A stretch of DNA of 64,000 nt from Convolutriloba macropyga (taxonomy: Eukaryota), in contig NC_134473.1 of NCBI RefSeq assembly GCF_964194025.1, positions 58,528,001 to 58,592,000 on the forward strand, written 5' to 3'. The notes under the pieces were generated by a model. The model saw only the letters and a list, made by a program, of their open reading frames with translations. It was not told the DNA's origin and did not search any database. Positions 12,333 through 23,443 of this stretch are shown here, piece after piece; within the stretch, counting starts at the first letter, position 1; each line of letters opens with the position of its first letter. The translations under genes were made by a program, and so were the position numbers.

Positions 12333-14030
12333 TAGCCGGCAGATCGCCGGAATAGCTGCGAAAGAATAGACCTGCGTGCCATATAATAGAGATAGAAACA
12401 GATACAGATCTCAATTGAAAGAAAAATCGACGCCGCTCAAAAAAACTAGGTAAAAAACATTCAGCGATAAATTAATAAAGCTTGTTAAAAATTCATTCCG
12501 CAGAATCCTCTTATTAGGGACCTTTACTGCACAAATGAGTTCCTTTGACCTTAAACAAATTCAAATAAAACTTAACTTTTAAAGTGCAAAAGTCATTTTA
12601 TTGAGTGAGGTAAGTCACGTATGATCAAAATCTAATCACGCAAATAACCTAAAAACTTTTGCTAAAGCGAGTGAGAAATGACGTCACGCGCGCAAATGCC
12701 GTTAGTGCGAGGAAGAAGTCATTCAGAAAATTTGACTTTTTCAGCTTTGCTGTGTGAACAAACGTAAAACGAAAAAAGAGCGTCAGACGACGAAACAAAA
12801 CAAGAGCACCGCAATATAGCTTCGCTCAGCTTACAGCTTCGCAGCTATAAAAAACATATAACAATTTCTCTAATAGGTGGCAAGCCGTAGCCACCATTCC
12901 GATTGAAGCAGTTTATACAATCTCCAATTACTTAGATATCTCGAGAACTGGTGGGTATCTTGGATGCTTAGGAATCTTGTTCTTGTTCTTGAGAATTTAC
13001 CAAAAGCGAAATTAATAGAGTGAAACAAAGCCAGCAGATTGCCGGAATAGCTGCGAAAGAATAGACCTGCGTGCCATATAAAAGAGATAGAAACAGATAC
13101 AGATCTGAATTGAAAAAAAAATCGACGCCGCTCAAAAAAACTAGGTAAAAAACATTCAGCGATAAATTAATAAAGCTTGTTAAAATTCATTCCACAGAAG
13201 CCTCTTATTAGGGAACTTTACTGCACATAGGAGTTCCTTTGACCTTAAACAAATTCAAATTAAACTTAAGTTTTAAAGTGCAAAAGTCATTTTATTGAAG
13301 GTAAGTCACGTATGATCAAAATCTAATCACGCAAATAACCTAAAAACTTTTGCTAAAGCGAGTGAGAAATGACATCACGCGCGCAAATGCCGTTAGTGCG
13401 AGGAAGAAGTCATTCAGAAAATTTGACTTTTTCAGCTTTGCTGTGTGAACAAACGTAAAACGAAAAAAGAGCGTCAGACGACGAAACAAAAAAAACAAGA
13501 GCACCGCAATATAGCTTCGCTCAGCTTACAGCTTCGCAGCTATAAAAAACATATAACAATTTCTCTAATAGGTGGCAAGCCGTAGCCACCATTCCGATTG
13601 AAGCAGTTTATACAATCTCCAATTACTTAGATATCTCGAGAACTGGTGGGTATCTTGGATGCTTAGGAATCTTGTTCTTGTTCTTGAGAATTTACCAAAA
13701 GCGAACTTAATAGATTGAAACAAAGCCAGCAGATTGCCGGAATAGCTGCGAAAGAATAGACTTGCGTGCCGTATAACAGAGATAGAAAAAGATACAGATA
13801 TAAGTCGAAAAAAATTTCGAAGCCGCTCAAAAAGCTATAATCAAAGCATTCAGCGATAAATTAATAAAAAGATTGTAAAAATTCATTGCCCAGAAGCCTT
13901 TTCATTAGGGACCTCTGAGTTCCTTTGACCTGAAACTAATTCAAATTAAACTTCAGTTCTAAAGTGCAAAGTCATTTTATTGAGTGAGGTAAGTCACGTA
14001 TGATCAAAATCTAATAACTGAAATGTCTTA
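12333..14030. repeat. Tandem array of about 700-bp HINE-derived units (two near-identical, one diverged partial)
   Basis: Anchor gccggaatagctgcgaaagaatagac at ~12346, ~13041 and ~13736. A related unit lies upstream at ~11490-12130. Confidence 0.92.
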
Positions 14031-14429
14031 AAAACTTCTACTATATATATATATAGAGAGAGAGAGAATTCGTGTAACGCAAGCAAATGCTGTTAGTGAG
14101 CGAAAAAAATCATTCAGAAGCCAAGCAGTTATCAACCTTGCTGTGTGAACAAATATGAAACAAAAAAAGAGCGCCAGACACAAAACACAAAAGCAGAGCA
14201 GGACACGTCCTGACACACAATTAAAAGAACGCTTATGACAAAACAAAAGATTAGATTCATAATGACAATGAATGAATTCAAACTTAGAAAAAAATCTGAC
14301 TTTGAAACTGGAGTGAAAAAAATCACGCCGCTGAGCCACTCGCTTTTTTCGCTACGTTTCCTGTTCCGGCGTGACGAAAATCATTTCTCCAATTTGACTT
14401 AAAAAATACAACTTGAGAGACAAGCTAAA

Positions 14430-15520
14430 AAATGTGAATTGAGAATACCGAGCGGAAGATAACGAAGGACAAAGTCGAAAAACAATATCTGTAAATTTCT
14501 AAAAACAATTCTGTAAAAAAAAGAAATACAATTTCCCAACAATTGTTCTTGAAACGATTATTATTAAAACTTTGTTTGTTTAGTTCACTCAACCAAAATG
14601 CGTCATAGAAAAATGAAATTGAAAAATGCAAAGAAAAAACCCGAAAAGAGAAATGTATGTAATTAATTTCAGTGAGAATTGCCATGCCGTCTTCAATTGT
14701 CACTTCATAGTATCAAAACATAAAGAATACTTCCTGACTCAGAACTGATTATTAAAAAAAACCGGAAAGGGACCAAAAAGACGGCCAAAATTTGCATAGA
14801 ATTACTCGATGAGCATTAACAAAAACAACTCAAACTTAATATCAATTATACCAACAGGCAGTCGAAACAAAATAAAACAGCTCAGCTGAACCACAGAACT
14901 GCCCGGAGTGTTAAAAATGTCAAGAAGAACACATAAATAGATCAAAAATGCTTTCAAGCGGAATATTACTAGCTTAGGTAAACTATAGAAACAAAATTAA
15001 ATGAAAAAACTTTGAAAAAATTGAACACAAAATGGCGTTTAAAATGACGCAAGTGATCAAAAAAGAATTTTGCTTGGTAAGAATTTACGCTCTCTCAAAA
15101 ATGCCACACGAAAAGAGAAAAAAATCGATAAAAATTTGCTCGAATTTAATCGCATGTTCTTCAGCAAAAACAAGTAAAAATATTAAGCAAATTGAAAGAC
15201 TACGAAAAACTGCCAGCAAAACTAACATCAACCGCACAGCTCCCCAAATTCTTTTTAAAAATGAGAACTATAAAAAGCATTAAACAAGGCAAAATGGTAA
15301 GAAAACGCTGAAAATTGAATCAAATTGTAATATTTGATTCAGGTCAAAAAATTCCAGACGCACTATTACTAGATTGGATAACTGAAAGACGCACCGTTGG
15401 TAGATACAGTTGAGGTTAAAACTTACAAACGGTTTTGGAAAAGCCGCATGTTCTAAAGAAAATTGCTCGCTCTCACCACCCTTACTTTTCTCGTTCTCCA
15501 TTAAAAAGCACGAACAGTTC
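14430..15520 (+). mobile_element. Highly decayed repeat, possibly Penelope-like RT/GIY-YIG; homologous copy at ~26600..27460
   Basis: The two loci share anchors such as aaacaaggcaaaatg and aaaagccgca.gt. Remnants IAMPSSIV / SSMAPV recall the Penelope AMGSPLAPV motif. Class assignment is weak. Confidence 0.3.
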
Positions 15521-15747
15521 TTAGAAAACCACTCACTAAGTTCCTGGATCTAAACACTTAGTTTTCACATACGTCATCAACTTTTACAATTTATGTGCAA
15601 ACACCGATTTCTCAATGTACTTTGAAAATGGAGTGAAACTCCGCAAAACCACTCGCTTTTCCATCCAATTCCTGTTTCTACGCCTGACCAAAATCACTTC
15701 TCCAATTTGACTTCAAACATCATGAAAATATGTAAACAGATCATAAG

Positions 15748-17938
15748 AACAAAGCCGACAAGTTGCTGGAAAATAGACGCGATAGACGCTTGTGGCCTTC
15801 CATGAAATGAAACAACTAAAGACTTTTATACTAAGAATTAAGGCATATACGTTTGGCACTACTTAGATGCGCATTATTGACCTTTAACTAGTAAAAGTTC
15901 AAAAAATTTAAAGCTCATTAGGGGAGTTCAGAAGACATTTTTTGAGTAAGATAAGTCACGCAATTGACCAAAAAGCAGAAGAAAAGATGTCACTAAGACA
16001 AATTTTAACTGCAAAGCAGTAGAAGTCTCTGAAAATGAAAATTCAATGGTCGCAAGAATCACCGATGGAGACGACGAACTAAAAACATAGCCGGAAGAAT
16101 TCCGGAAGCAACTCGAAGCGTCAAAACTTCGCTAACAAAACCGTAATTGCAGCGGAAGCCACTACCTTTTGTATTAAACCATTAATTCACTACCTCTCCA
16201 GGTCTGCTCTAAAAATTGGTGAAACCACTGTCAACAAGAGAAACAAAATTCAGCAAAATTTTATTATTGAAAACTTTTGGTAACGTTAAAAAATCCAAAA
16301 TAATTAAGGTGGTCAAAAACCTGATAGTCTGAAAAAGCTGGCAAGGTTATCAATAGCCCTCAAATAATTCATGATTCTAATCTGAAAAAGATCGCGAAAG
16401 CAAACGGCAGATTATAATCTTAGAAACTAAGTTAAATCTTTTCAAAGAAGAAAGCTCAAATTAAGAATCAGAAAACAACTATAAACACACTTCTAATCAC
16501 TGCGATTAAGACAAAAAACAACAACCACATAGTGTTCCTTTTTGTACATAAGCTAGACAACATGATTTCATACTAAATCAAAAATAAAATTGATCATAGA
16601 AAAGACATAAGCAGCAGAATATTCAAAGGCAAAAAATCGTTTAAATTAATACCAAGGCCGGAAGAAAGCTGCAGTAAATAGTCATGAAAGAAAACTTTGG
16701 AAGAAGCTTGCCATAAAACTCTGAGTAATGTCTTTTGTTGAATGAAATCAATTGCACACCAAAGAAATGACGAAAATCTAAGAAAAAGCCGAAATAGTTC
16801 ATTTTTTACAACCGAAAAAATCATTATACCGAAAATAAATTTAGGTGCCAGGAAAAAGCTAGAATGATACTAACTAGAATGTGAAGAATATGGGCACAAT
16901 GCAAGGAACACCGTAACAAAAAGACCTTCTTGATTTTTGAAAGTTAAAAATCAATTTAAAAAACTCAAGAAAAACGAAAACATTTCATTGTTCAGAATTC
17001 AAGACAGCGAAAAGATAAGTAGTCATCCGATACAAGATCTATCCTCCTGAAGATACCCAAAAATAGGAAAAAGCAGAATTCATAAAAAAGAAACATTGAA
17101 ATTGAAACATTTTGCAAAAAAAATGGTCAAAGAACTTTTAAGTTAAGACTGCATTTATGAAAAGTTTTAACTGTTTTCTCAAAACTTAACGCCAAAAAAT
17201 GATTGAATTTTTTTTTGAAACGAAATTGAAGTCCGTCATGTTGCACAAAAAAAAACAATTTCTAGCAGTTACAACCAAAAGACAAACGAAAAATTGACGA
17301 AAATCGGAAAAAAACTACCAAAATCGGATTAGCATATGTACAACTTTAAGGAACAAAATTACGAGGTAGAAAGCGGCGTTGAGTATAGGAATTATCAAAC
17401 AAAAATTGCCATATTAACTGATTTTTGACAAAAGAAGTCGGTTAAAAGATCCAAAAAAGAAGGAATTAAAAGAAAAAAGCCAAAAAATAACTAAAAAATC
17501 CAGAATTATGTGCCAATTTTCAACTTGAAACGCATTTTCAGGCTCTGCAAAACACTGTAGCATCAATTTCCGAGGTTGACATTTCAATATAGTATCGAAT
17601 AAAATTTATTTCCACGAGGAACCTAATTAAAAGCAAAAAAATTGGGCCATTTAGACGAAAAAACGGCTAAAAACTGATATCTATATGTGCAATTCAGTCA
17701 AAAACTACTTTTCAAAGTCAAAAAGTCATTCACTAAACGCAGCGCATGATAAAAAAACTTCACTCGCTTAGCGAAAATCTGTTCACCAAGACAGCTCAAA
17801 ATGACAGCTTTCAGGTCAAAATGCCGCGTGAACAAATCTACGTCCTGTAAAAAAAACCGAGAGAAAACCAATACTCCTCTTCGAGTCGTAAAAACCACAA
17901 TGTCCCCAAAAATAGCCGCATCGCTTCGCGGCTACTAA
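15748..17938 (-). mobile_element. HINE-like element, family A2, carrying a family C insertion
   Basis: Ends and interior match the uninterrupted copy 29999..30556. Terminal palindrome atagccgc-atcgcttc-gcggcta. Confidence 0.75.
16083..17891 (-). mobile_element. HINE-like element, family C (~1.8 kb)
   Basis: Hairpin ccggaa-gaa-ttccgg plus subTIR actcgaag / cttcgagt. Colinear with 24300..26098; sits in an A-run with no target-site duplication. Confidence 0.78.
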
Positions 17939-19035
17939 ACAAAACATAGCTAGTAGACGGATTTCCGTAAACAGTCGTAGCTTTCTAGATCAGCAGTCTC
18001 AAAAAGATAGTAGAAACAGACCAAAAAATCAGTTCTTATAAAACGCCGAAATGTTATAATTTGATTACGAATATTTTTAATCTATTGATGATTCCATTAG
18101 CTGCTCTTAAAAAAACCTTCAATAAAAGTGACTTGCACTCACTTGCATTTATGAAACTGTTTTAACTGTTTTCTCAAAACTTAACGCCAAAAAATGATTG
18201 AATTTTTTTTTAAACGAAATTAAAGTCCGTCATTTTGCACAAAAAAAAAACAATTTCTAGCAGTTACAACCAAAAGACAAACGAAGAACTGACGAAAATT
18301 CGAAAAAAAACTACCAAAATCGGATTAGCATATGTACAATTTTATGGAACAAAATTACATCGAGGTAGAAAGCAGCGTTGAGTATAGGAATTTAAAAAAA
18401 AATTGCCATATAACTGATTTTCGACAAAAGAAGTCGGTTAAAAGATCCAAAAAAGAAGAAATTAAAAGAAAGAAAGCCAAAAAATAACTAAAAATTCAAG
18501 AATTATGTGCCAATTTTCAACTTGAAACGCATTTTCAGGCTCTGCAAAACACTGGCATCAATTTCCGAGGTTGACATTTCAATATAGTATTGAATAAAAT
18601 TTATTTCTACGAGGAACCTAATTAAAAGCAAAAAAATTGGGCCATTTAGACGAAAAAACGGCTAAAAACGGATATTTATATGTGCAATTCAGTCAAAAAC
18701 TACTTTTCAAAGTCAAAAAGTCATTCACTAAACGCAGCGCATGATAAAAAACTTCTCTCGCTTAGCGAAAATCTGTTCACCAAGACAGCTTTTCTCACTT
18801 TCATTTTCAGGTCAAAATGCCGCGTGAACAAATCTACGTCCTGTCCTGTAAAAAAAACCGAGAGGTTTCTGTAAAGAAACCAATATTCCTCTTCGAGTCG
18901 TAAAAACCACGATGTCCCCAAAAATAGCCGCATCGCTTCGCGGCTACTAAACAAAACATAGCTAGTAGACGGATTTCCGTAAACAGCCGTAGCTTTGTAG
19001 ATCAGCAGTCTCAAAAAGATAGTAAAAGAAACAGA
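17150..19035. repeat. Tandem duplication, period about 1 kb, near-identical
   Basis: ttttaactgttttctcaaaacttaacgcc at ~17165 and ~18160; tagatcagcagtctcaaaaagatagta at ~17986 and ~18998. Confidence 0.93.
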
Positions 19036-19403
19036 CCAAAAAAATCAGTTAATCAGACCAAAAATCAGATTAAATGACGTCACGCATATAAATTTTAACT
19101 GCAAAGCAGTAGAAATCACTGAAATTGAAAAATTCAATTCCAAGAAGTCAGGTCGCAAGAGTCGTCGATGGAGACGACAAATTAAAAAACACGATGTCCC
19201 CAATAATAGCCACTATCGCTTCGCGGCTATTAAAAATTGATTGTGACACAATTCAAAGAAATTTTATTGACTGAACAACATAGCCGCACAATGCCAGAAA
19301 ACAACATATGACGCACTTGACGTACACCGGTATTGAAACAGAAACATAAACCAACTAATGTCGGAAGAATTGCTCTTGAACGACAGGCGAGTAGAAAAAA
19401 ATC

Positions 19404-19476
19404 TGACCCCACCGGGATTCCAACCACTGACCTCCCGCTTCATAACCATACGCACTCCCGACTGTGCTACTTGGCC
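19404..19476 (-). pseudogene. tRNA-like cassette inside a family B HINE
   Basis: GTAGCACAGTCGG (A box)...GGTTGGAATCCCGGTGGGGTCA (B box), followed directly by a T-run. Homologous to 60732..60803. Confidence 0.6.
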
Positions 19477-19651
19477 CTTATGTTCGCGATACCAAAACCG
19501 ACTTTATATTAGCTTTACTTCGGAGTGAGAACAATAGAAACCACTCAAAAATGAAGAACGAAACCGTAAAAGTCACTTGAGAAGTCAAAGAATGTTCTAG
19601 TTTTGCCCTAATTTGACTTCAGAAATAATGAAAACGTGTCAACAGATATTT

Positions 19652-20026
19652 AAAACATAAACCGACAAATGTCGGAAAAAATGCTCTTGAACGAGAGGCG
19701 AGGCAATTTAATTCAGGGTCAGTAGCCTAAATCAATTTTATTTTAAGGGTGCAAAAAAACTTTGCCCCCAACGGGATTCGAACACTTGTCCTCCCGATCC
19801 ATAGCCACCCGCGATTTATCTTCCCAAACTGCAACCGATTATATATTAGCAACAAGCTTTACTTCGGAGAGAGCAATAGATCACTCCAAAATGATGAACG
19901 AAAGCGTAAAAAAGTCTCTTGAGAATGTTTTAGAAGAAAACAGCAAAATGATCAAGCAAAAAAATTGCATAAAAAAGACCAACACGTTTACAATAATTGC
20001 TATTAAATTCGTTCAAGAGCAATTAA
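19652..20026 (-). mobile_element. HINE-like element, family B (a second family B hairpin end at 19342)
   Basis: Hairpin ccgaca-aa-tgtcgg, subTIR tgctcttgaacg / cgttcaagagca. B-box remnant (gggattcgaac on +) at ~19772. Confidence 0.75.
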
Positions 20027-20974
20027 AAAGAAATTAACGGAGAAAGAAATTGGCCGAATTTTTATCTGTTCTTTTTTGCAGTGTCAAAAATTGCTATAAT
20101 TTGGCGTCCAATATTAGTTAAATTCTAAAAATATACTTCATTCAGCTTCTAAACTGACAACTAATAAGCTTAACACTAATGTCAGTTAGCTACGTAATTC
20201 AATGCGTGAAAAAATTCAGAAAAAAAAATTAAAAACCATTTATTTGAAACAGTGAGTGAGGTAAGTCACGAGTTAAGCATGAATATCGTGAATTATGTAA
20301 ACCGAAAAACGTGTTCAAAAGGTAAAGCGAATTAAAAAAGAAGGAGAGCGCCTAAATTATAGCAGCATAGCAAAAGATTAGATTGCACAGTTAGTAATGG
20401 TGACATGAAGTGTCCAAACCTGCCAAAAACTGTCCTATGCACCATCAATTAACGCCTTTTCAGAGGTATTGGTGAAACTTACTGTAGGAGAAAGTAACTC
20501 CTCAGTGCCTGATAGAAATTTATTGTTACTGGTTTATCCCGGTTTTGACGACGGAAGACAAATCGGTCACAAAACCACGAGCAATAACGCAAGTAGTCAC
20601 GGAAAATTGCTTTCGATAAGCTGTAAGAGAGAACCGACTAACGTCTGGCGAATTACTCTCAAACGACTGGCGAGCGGTTGGCTTTATTTATAGCTGCACG
20701 GCTTACGGGTGAAATCGAGGGTGTGGCGAAAGGGGGGAGTAGAGGGGCGAGTTAAGAGAAGCAGGCCAAACTCTAAGCACTGTTCTTCACACGATAAATT
20801 TATGTCTCCTAAACAGTTTGGGTGAATCGCATACTTAGAGACAAGAAAGCCGCAAGGCTCGAAGAGAATTTAATGCCCTCCGGGCGTTACCTGTTTATCT
20901 CGGTCAAGTGAAAAATCGCATAAAACCGCATGAATGCTGCAAACTTTGTTTTAGAGTAACCAATCAACAAATAC

Positions 20975-21174
20975 CTTTGACAAGAAACTTGAGATGAGTT
21001 GAGAACTTGTTGAAGGATGAGATCAATTGATTGAAACTGGAGTGCTCGACGAGTCCCGATTGACTGTTGAGGAACCAGTACCCATTTGAGAGTTGTCTTT
21101 GGAACATGATAATTTGGGAGAACATTGAGTAGATCAACTTCATCACTTTTGCACACTGCGGCGTCAGAAGCGCT
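20975..21174 (-). CDS. TUBGCP6: TUBGCP6 exon: ALLTPQCAKVMKLIYSMFSQIIMFQRQL...EHSSFNQLISSFNKFSTHLKFLVK
   Basis: Resembles GCP6 GLLTEKAAPVMNVIHSIFSLVLKFRSQL...HPNF. 200 nt, phase 2-1; GTATTT donor. Confidence 0.92.
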
Positions 21175-21463
21175 CTAGGAACCAATCCTTAGTATTCCCG
21201 ATTTAATTTGAAATCAAGACTTAGCAAATCAATACGGAACAATCTCTAATGGCCACTATTTTAACTCGAAAATCAACGATAAAATTAATTTTTTGAGACG
21301 ATTCGATTCAGTACTCATCTAATACGGTTAAATGCTCTAGCAAAATTTTATTCACCGTTTACACTGATGTAAGATCACATATTTCGTTGAACTTTTACAA
21401 AAAACAGTTCTTACTTCCAGCCAGTAGCTTAATCTGATCGGAAAAACAACTATGAAAACCAAC

Positions 21464-21848
21464 CTCGATAACATTGCGTTTAGATACTCTGCATGAGACT
21501 CGTGCATATCGTCAACGCTTTTCGCCTGCTCAAAACTCCGTTCGAACTCCACATGAGATACATTTAAAAGCTGGTCTTGCACGTAGTCAGACATGACATT
21601 GCTCAGGTGTTGCATCAGATGCCTAGCATACTGTAACTTTGCGAAGTGCACAGATCCAGTGACGTCAAATAGTATCTGTGTCTGCTTCATGTGAAAGTAG
21701 AGCCCCGTTAATACGTTAGCCAATCTCCGTAATGCAAGGAGGAAGTGGAATATTTTGAGGTATTTGTGAAGGCAAGAATCTGATATGATGATATTGATGG
21801 GCCAATCTACTCGGTAAGCGAGGAGTAGCACCGAGAAACAGTCGGGAT
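21464..21848 (-). CDS. TUBGCP6: TUBGCP6 exon: PDCFSVLLLAYRVDWPINIIISDSCLHKYLKIFHFLL...HAEYLNAMLS
   Basis: Hallmark GCP motif Y.V.WP.NI.I......Y..IF.FLL. 385 nt, phase 1-2, canonical splice sites. Confidence 0.95.
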
Positions 21849-22191
21849 CTAAAAAACTCTTTCTTTATAAACTCTAAAATTCGCATGATAACCTTCTTAT
21901 AATTACTGGGGCTATCTTCGAAGAGTTTGTACCCTCATCAGTCTTTGATGATGATGGAATTTAATTCTGTTTTGTGATTCCTGGCAATGACTGCCAGCTT
22001 AATTCGATTCATTCATCACTAGATATATTAAATTTTTGGGCATCACTGCGCGGGCTGAGAGATATAGAGAGATATCACGAGCACAGGCACTAGAAACAGC
22101 CACATTACATTTCCAAAGTTCTGACCTTTCTTAGATTACCTGCGCTTGATATATTTTGTACAGAATTGGACATAGAATGAATTAAACTAAC

Positions 22192-22511
22192 GATAGAGGT
22201 CTAAAAACTCCGCAGATGGTCGCAGACGAATCGTCAACCGCTCGAACAACAAGTCTTTCTTCTCCCAAAGACACTTTTCAACTGCAAAATTGACCGCTCT
22301 CAGAAACGGTGTCAAACTTATTGCCACGCTTTGTGACAGCCCGTGGCTCTGAAGTTCGGTTGAATCAGCAAAAGAGAACAGTTTGGAGCAGAGTCCATGG
22401 GCAAACTCAGGATCTGCTAGTAAGAGGCTTCTGCGCAGTGCTTCAAAATGAGTTTTGAGGTTGTAGTCTGACAGAAACATTTGCACTGCAGAGTTATTGA
22501 CAAGTGTCAAC
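22192..22511 (-). CDS. TUBGCP6: TUBGCP6 exon: LTLVNNSAVQMFLSDYNLKTHFEALRRSLLLADPEFAHGLCSKLF
   Basis: Start of the Spc97/Spc98 C-terminal (GRIP2) domain, cf. LVNKAAVDYFF..L..H.EALRHFLLMEDGEFA. ttttag/GTTAGT sites; 320 nt, phase 2-1. Confidence 0.92.
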
Positions 22512-22904
22512 CTAAAATATTTGTTAGTTGGCAAAATGCAATAAAAATTGAGGATTGACGAATAAAATACTTTTTAACAGCTTCAATCCCGCAAATATTC
22601 AAACCTCTTACTATATATAAACTACTCCCATTAAGTTCATACATACTACAAAAAACAATCCTAAGCACGTAAATCACTTAACCTTCTGAGAACACAGTCC
22701 CATAACCGTTTTGTTTTTTCATTTTTAAATTGGGCATTTCTTCAACTTTTTGTTGTAATTTAATCGGTTTTGTAGTAAAAACGGGATAGCCGGTTATTGA
22801 GACAATAGGCAACTTATCATTCACTACATTCAGGTCATATCTTACAATCACTACTTCAACTAATATCGATTTGAACTCGACAGTATGATTGTAATTTAAC
22901 TCAC

Positions 22905-23238
22905 TGTTTTCTCAAGGGTTGCACTAATATTCTTCTCATCAAAACGGGTAAAGGTATCATCGCATCGTCTTTCCGTAACATATAAAGTTTTTTCTGTTTT
23001 GAATCATCAACATCTAAGCGCAAGAGGTCTCTCAGCTGTGTAAGTACAGCCTCCTCTGACGTCACAGCGACCGAACTCAAGTCGCCTGTGACAACACGTG
23101 ATACAATGTCAGCTATTGGGTGCTCGTCACTGAACTCCGAGTACCTTTTGCGATACTCTTGGGGTGCCTCCTCCCACTCCGCGACGGGTAGCATATTTAA
23201 ATTGGAGGAAGATGCTTCCAGCAGTGGGGTTTCAGCAA
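22905..23238 (-). CDS. TUBGCP6: TUBGCP6 exon: AETPLLE...MIPLPVLMRRILVQPLRK
   Basis: In frame with ORF 22901..23194; 334 nt, phase 1-2; GTGAGT donor. LPVLMRR..PL motif precedes the GRIP2 domain in GCP6. Confidence 0.88.
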
Positions 23239-23443
23239 CTTAACAATAACACGGGTATGAATATTATTAACCAATAAGTCCAATAAAGCTAACAAAGGAT
23301 CACCCAAAGATCCATCTCAAATTGCAAAAAAATCAACATAGTTAGACAATTGGTCTATCAACACCCGGCCAATTACAACAACTCAATTTGTATGGTTAAT
23401 CTCCATGATTCCTATTGCTGAATTTGCTATTAATAAAATAGAC

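Noticed and set aside
16400-17800. Captured LINE RT inside family C (GTMQGTP-like at ~16893)
   Set aside because: A single short motif, absent from the second C copy; too weak to call without a profile search.
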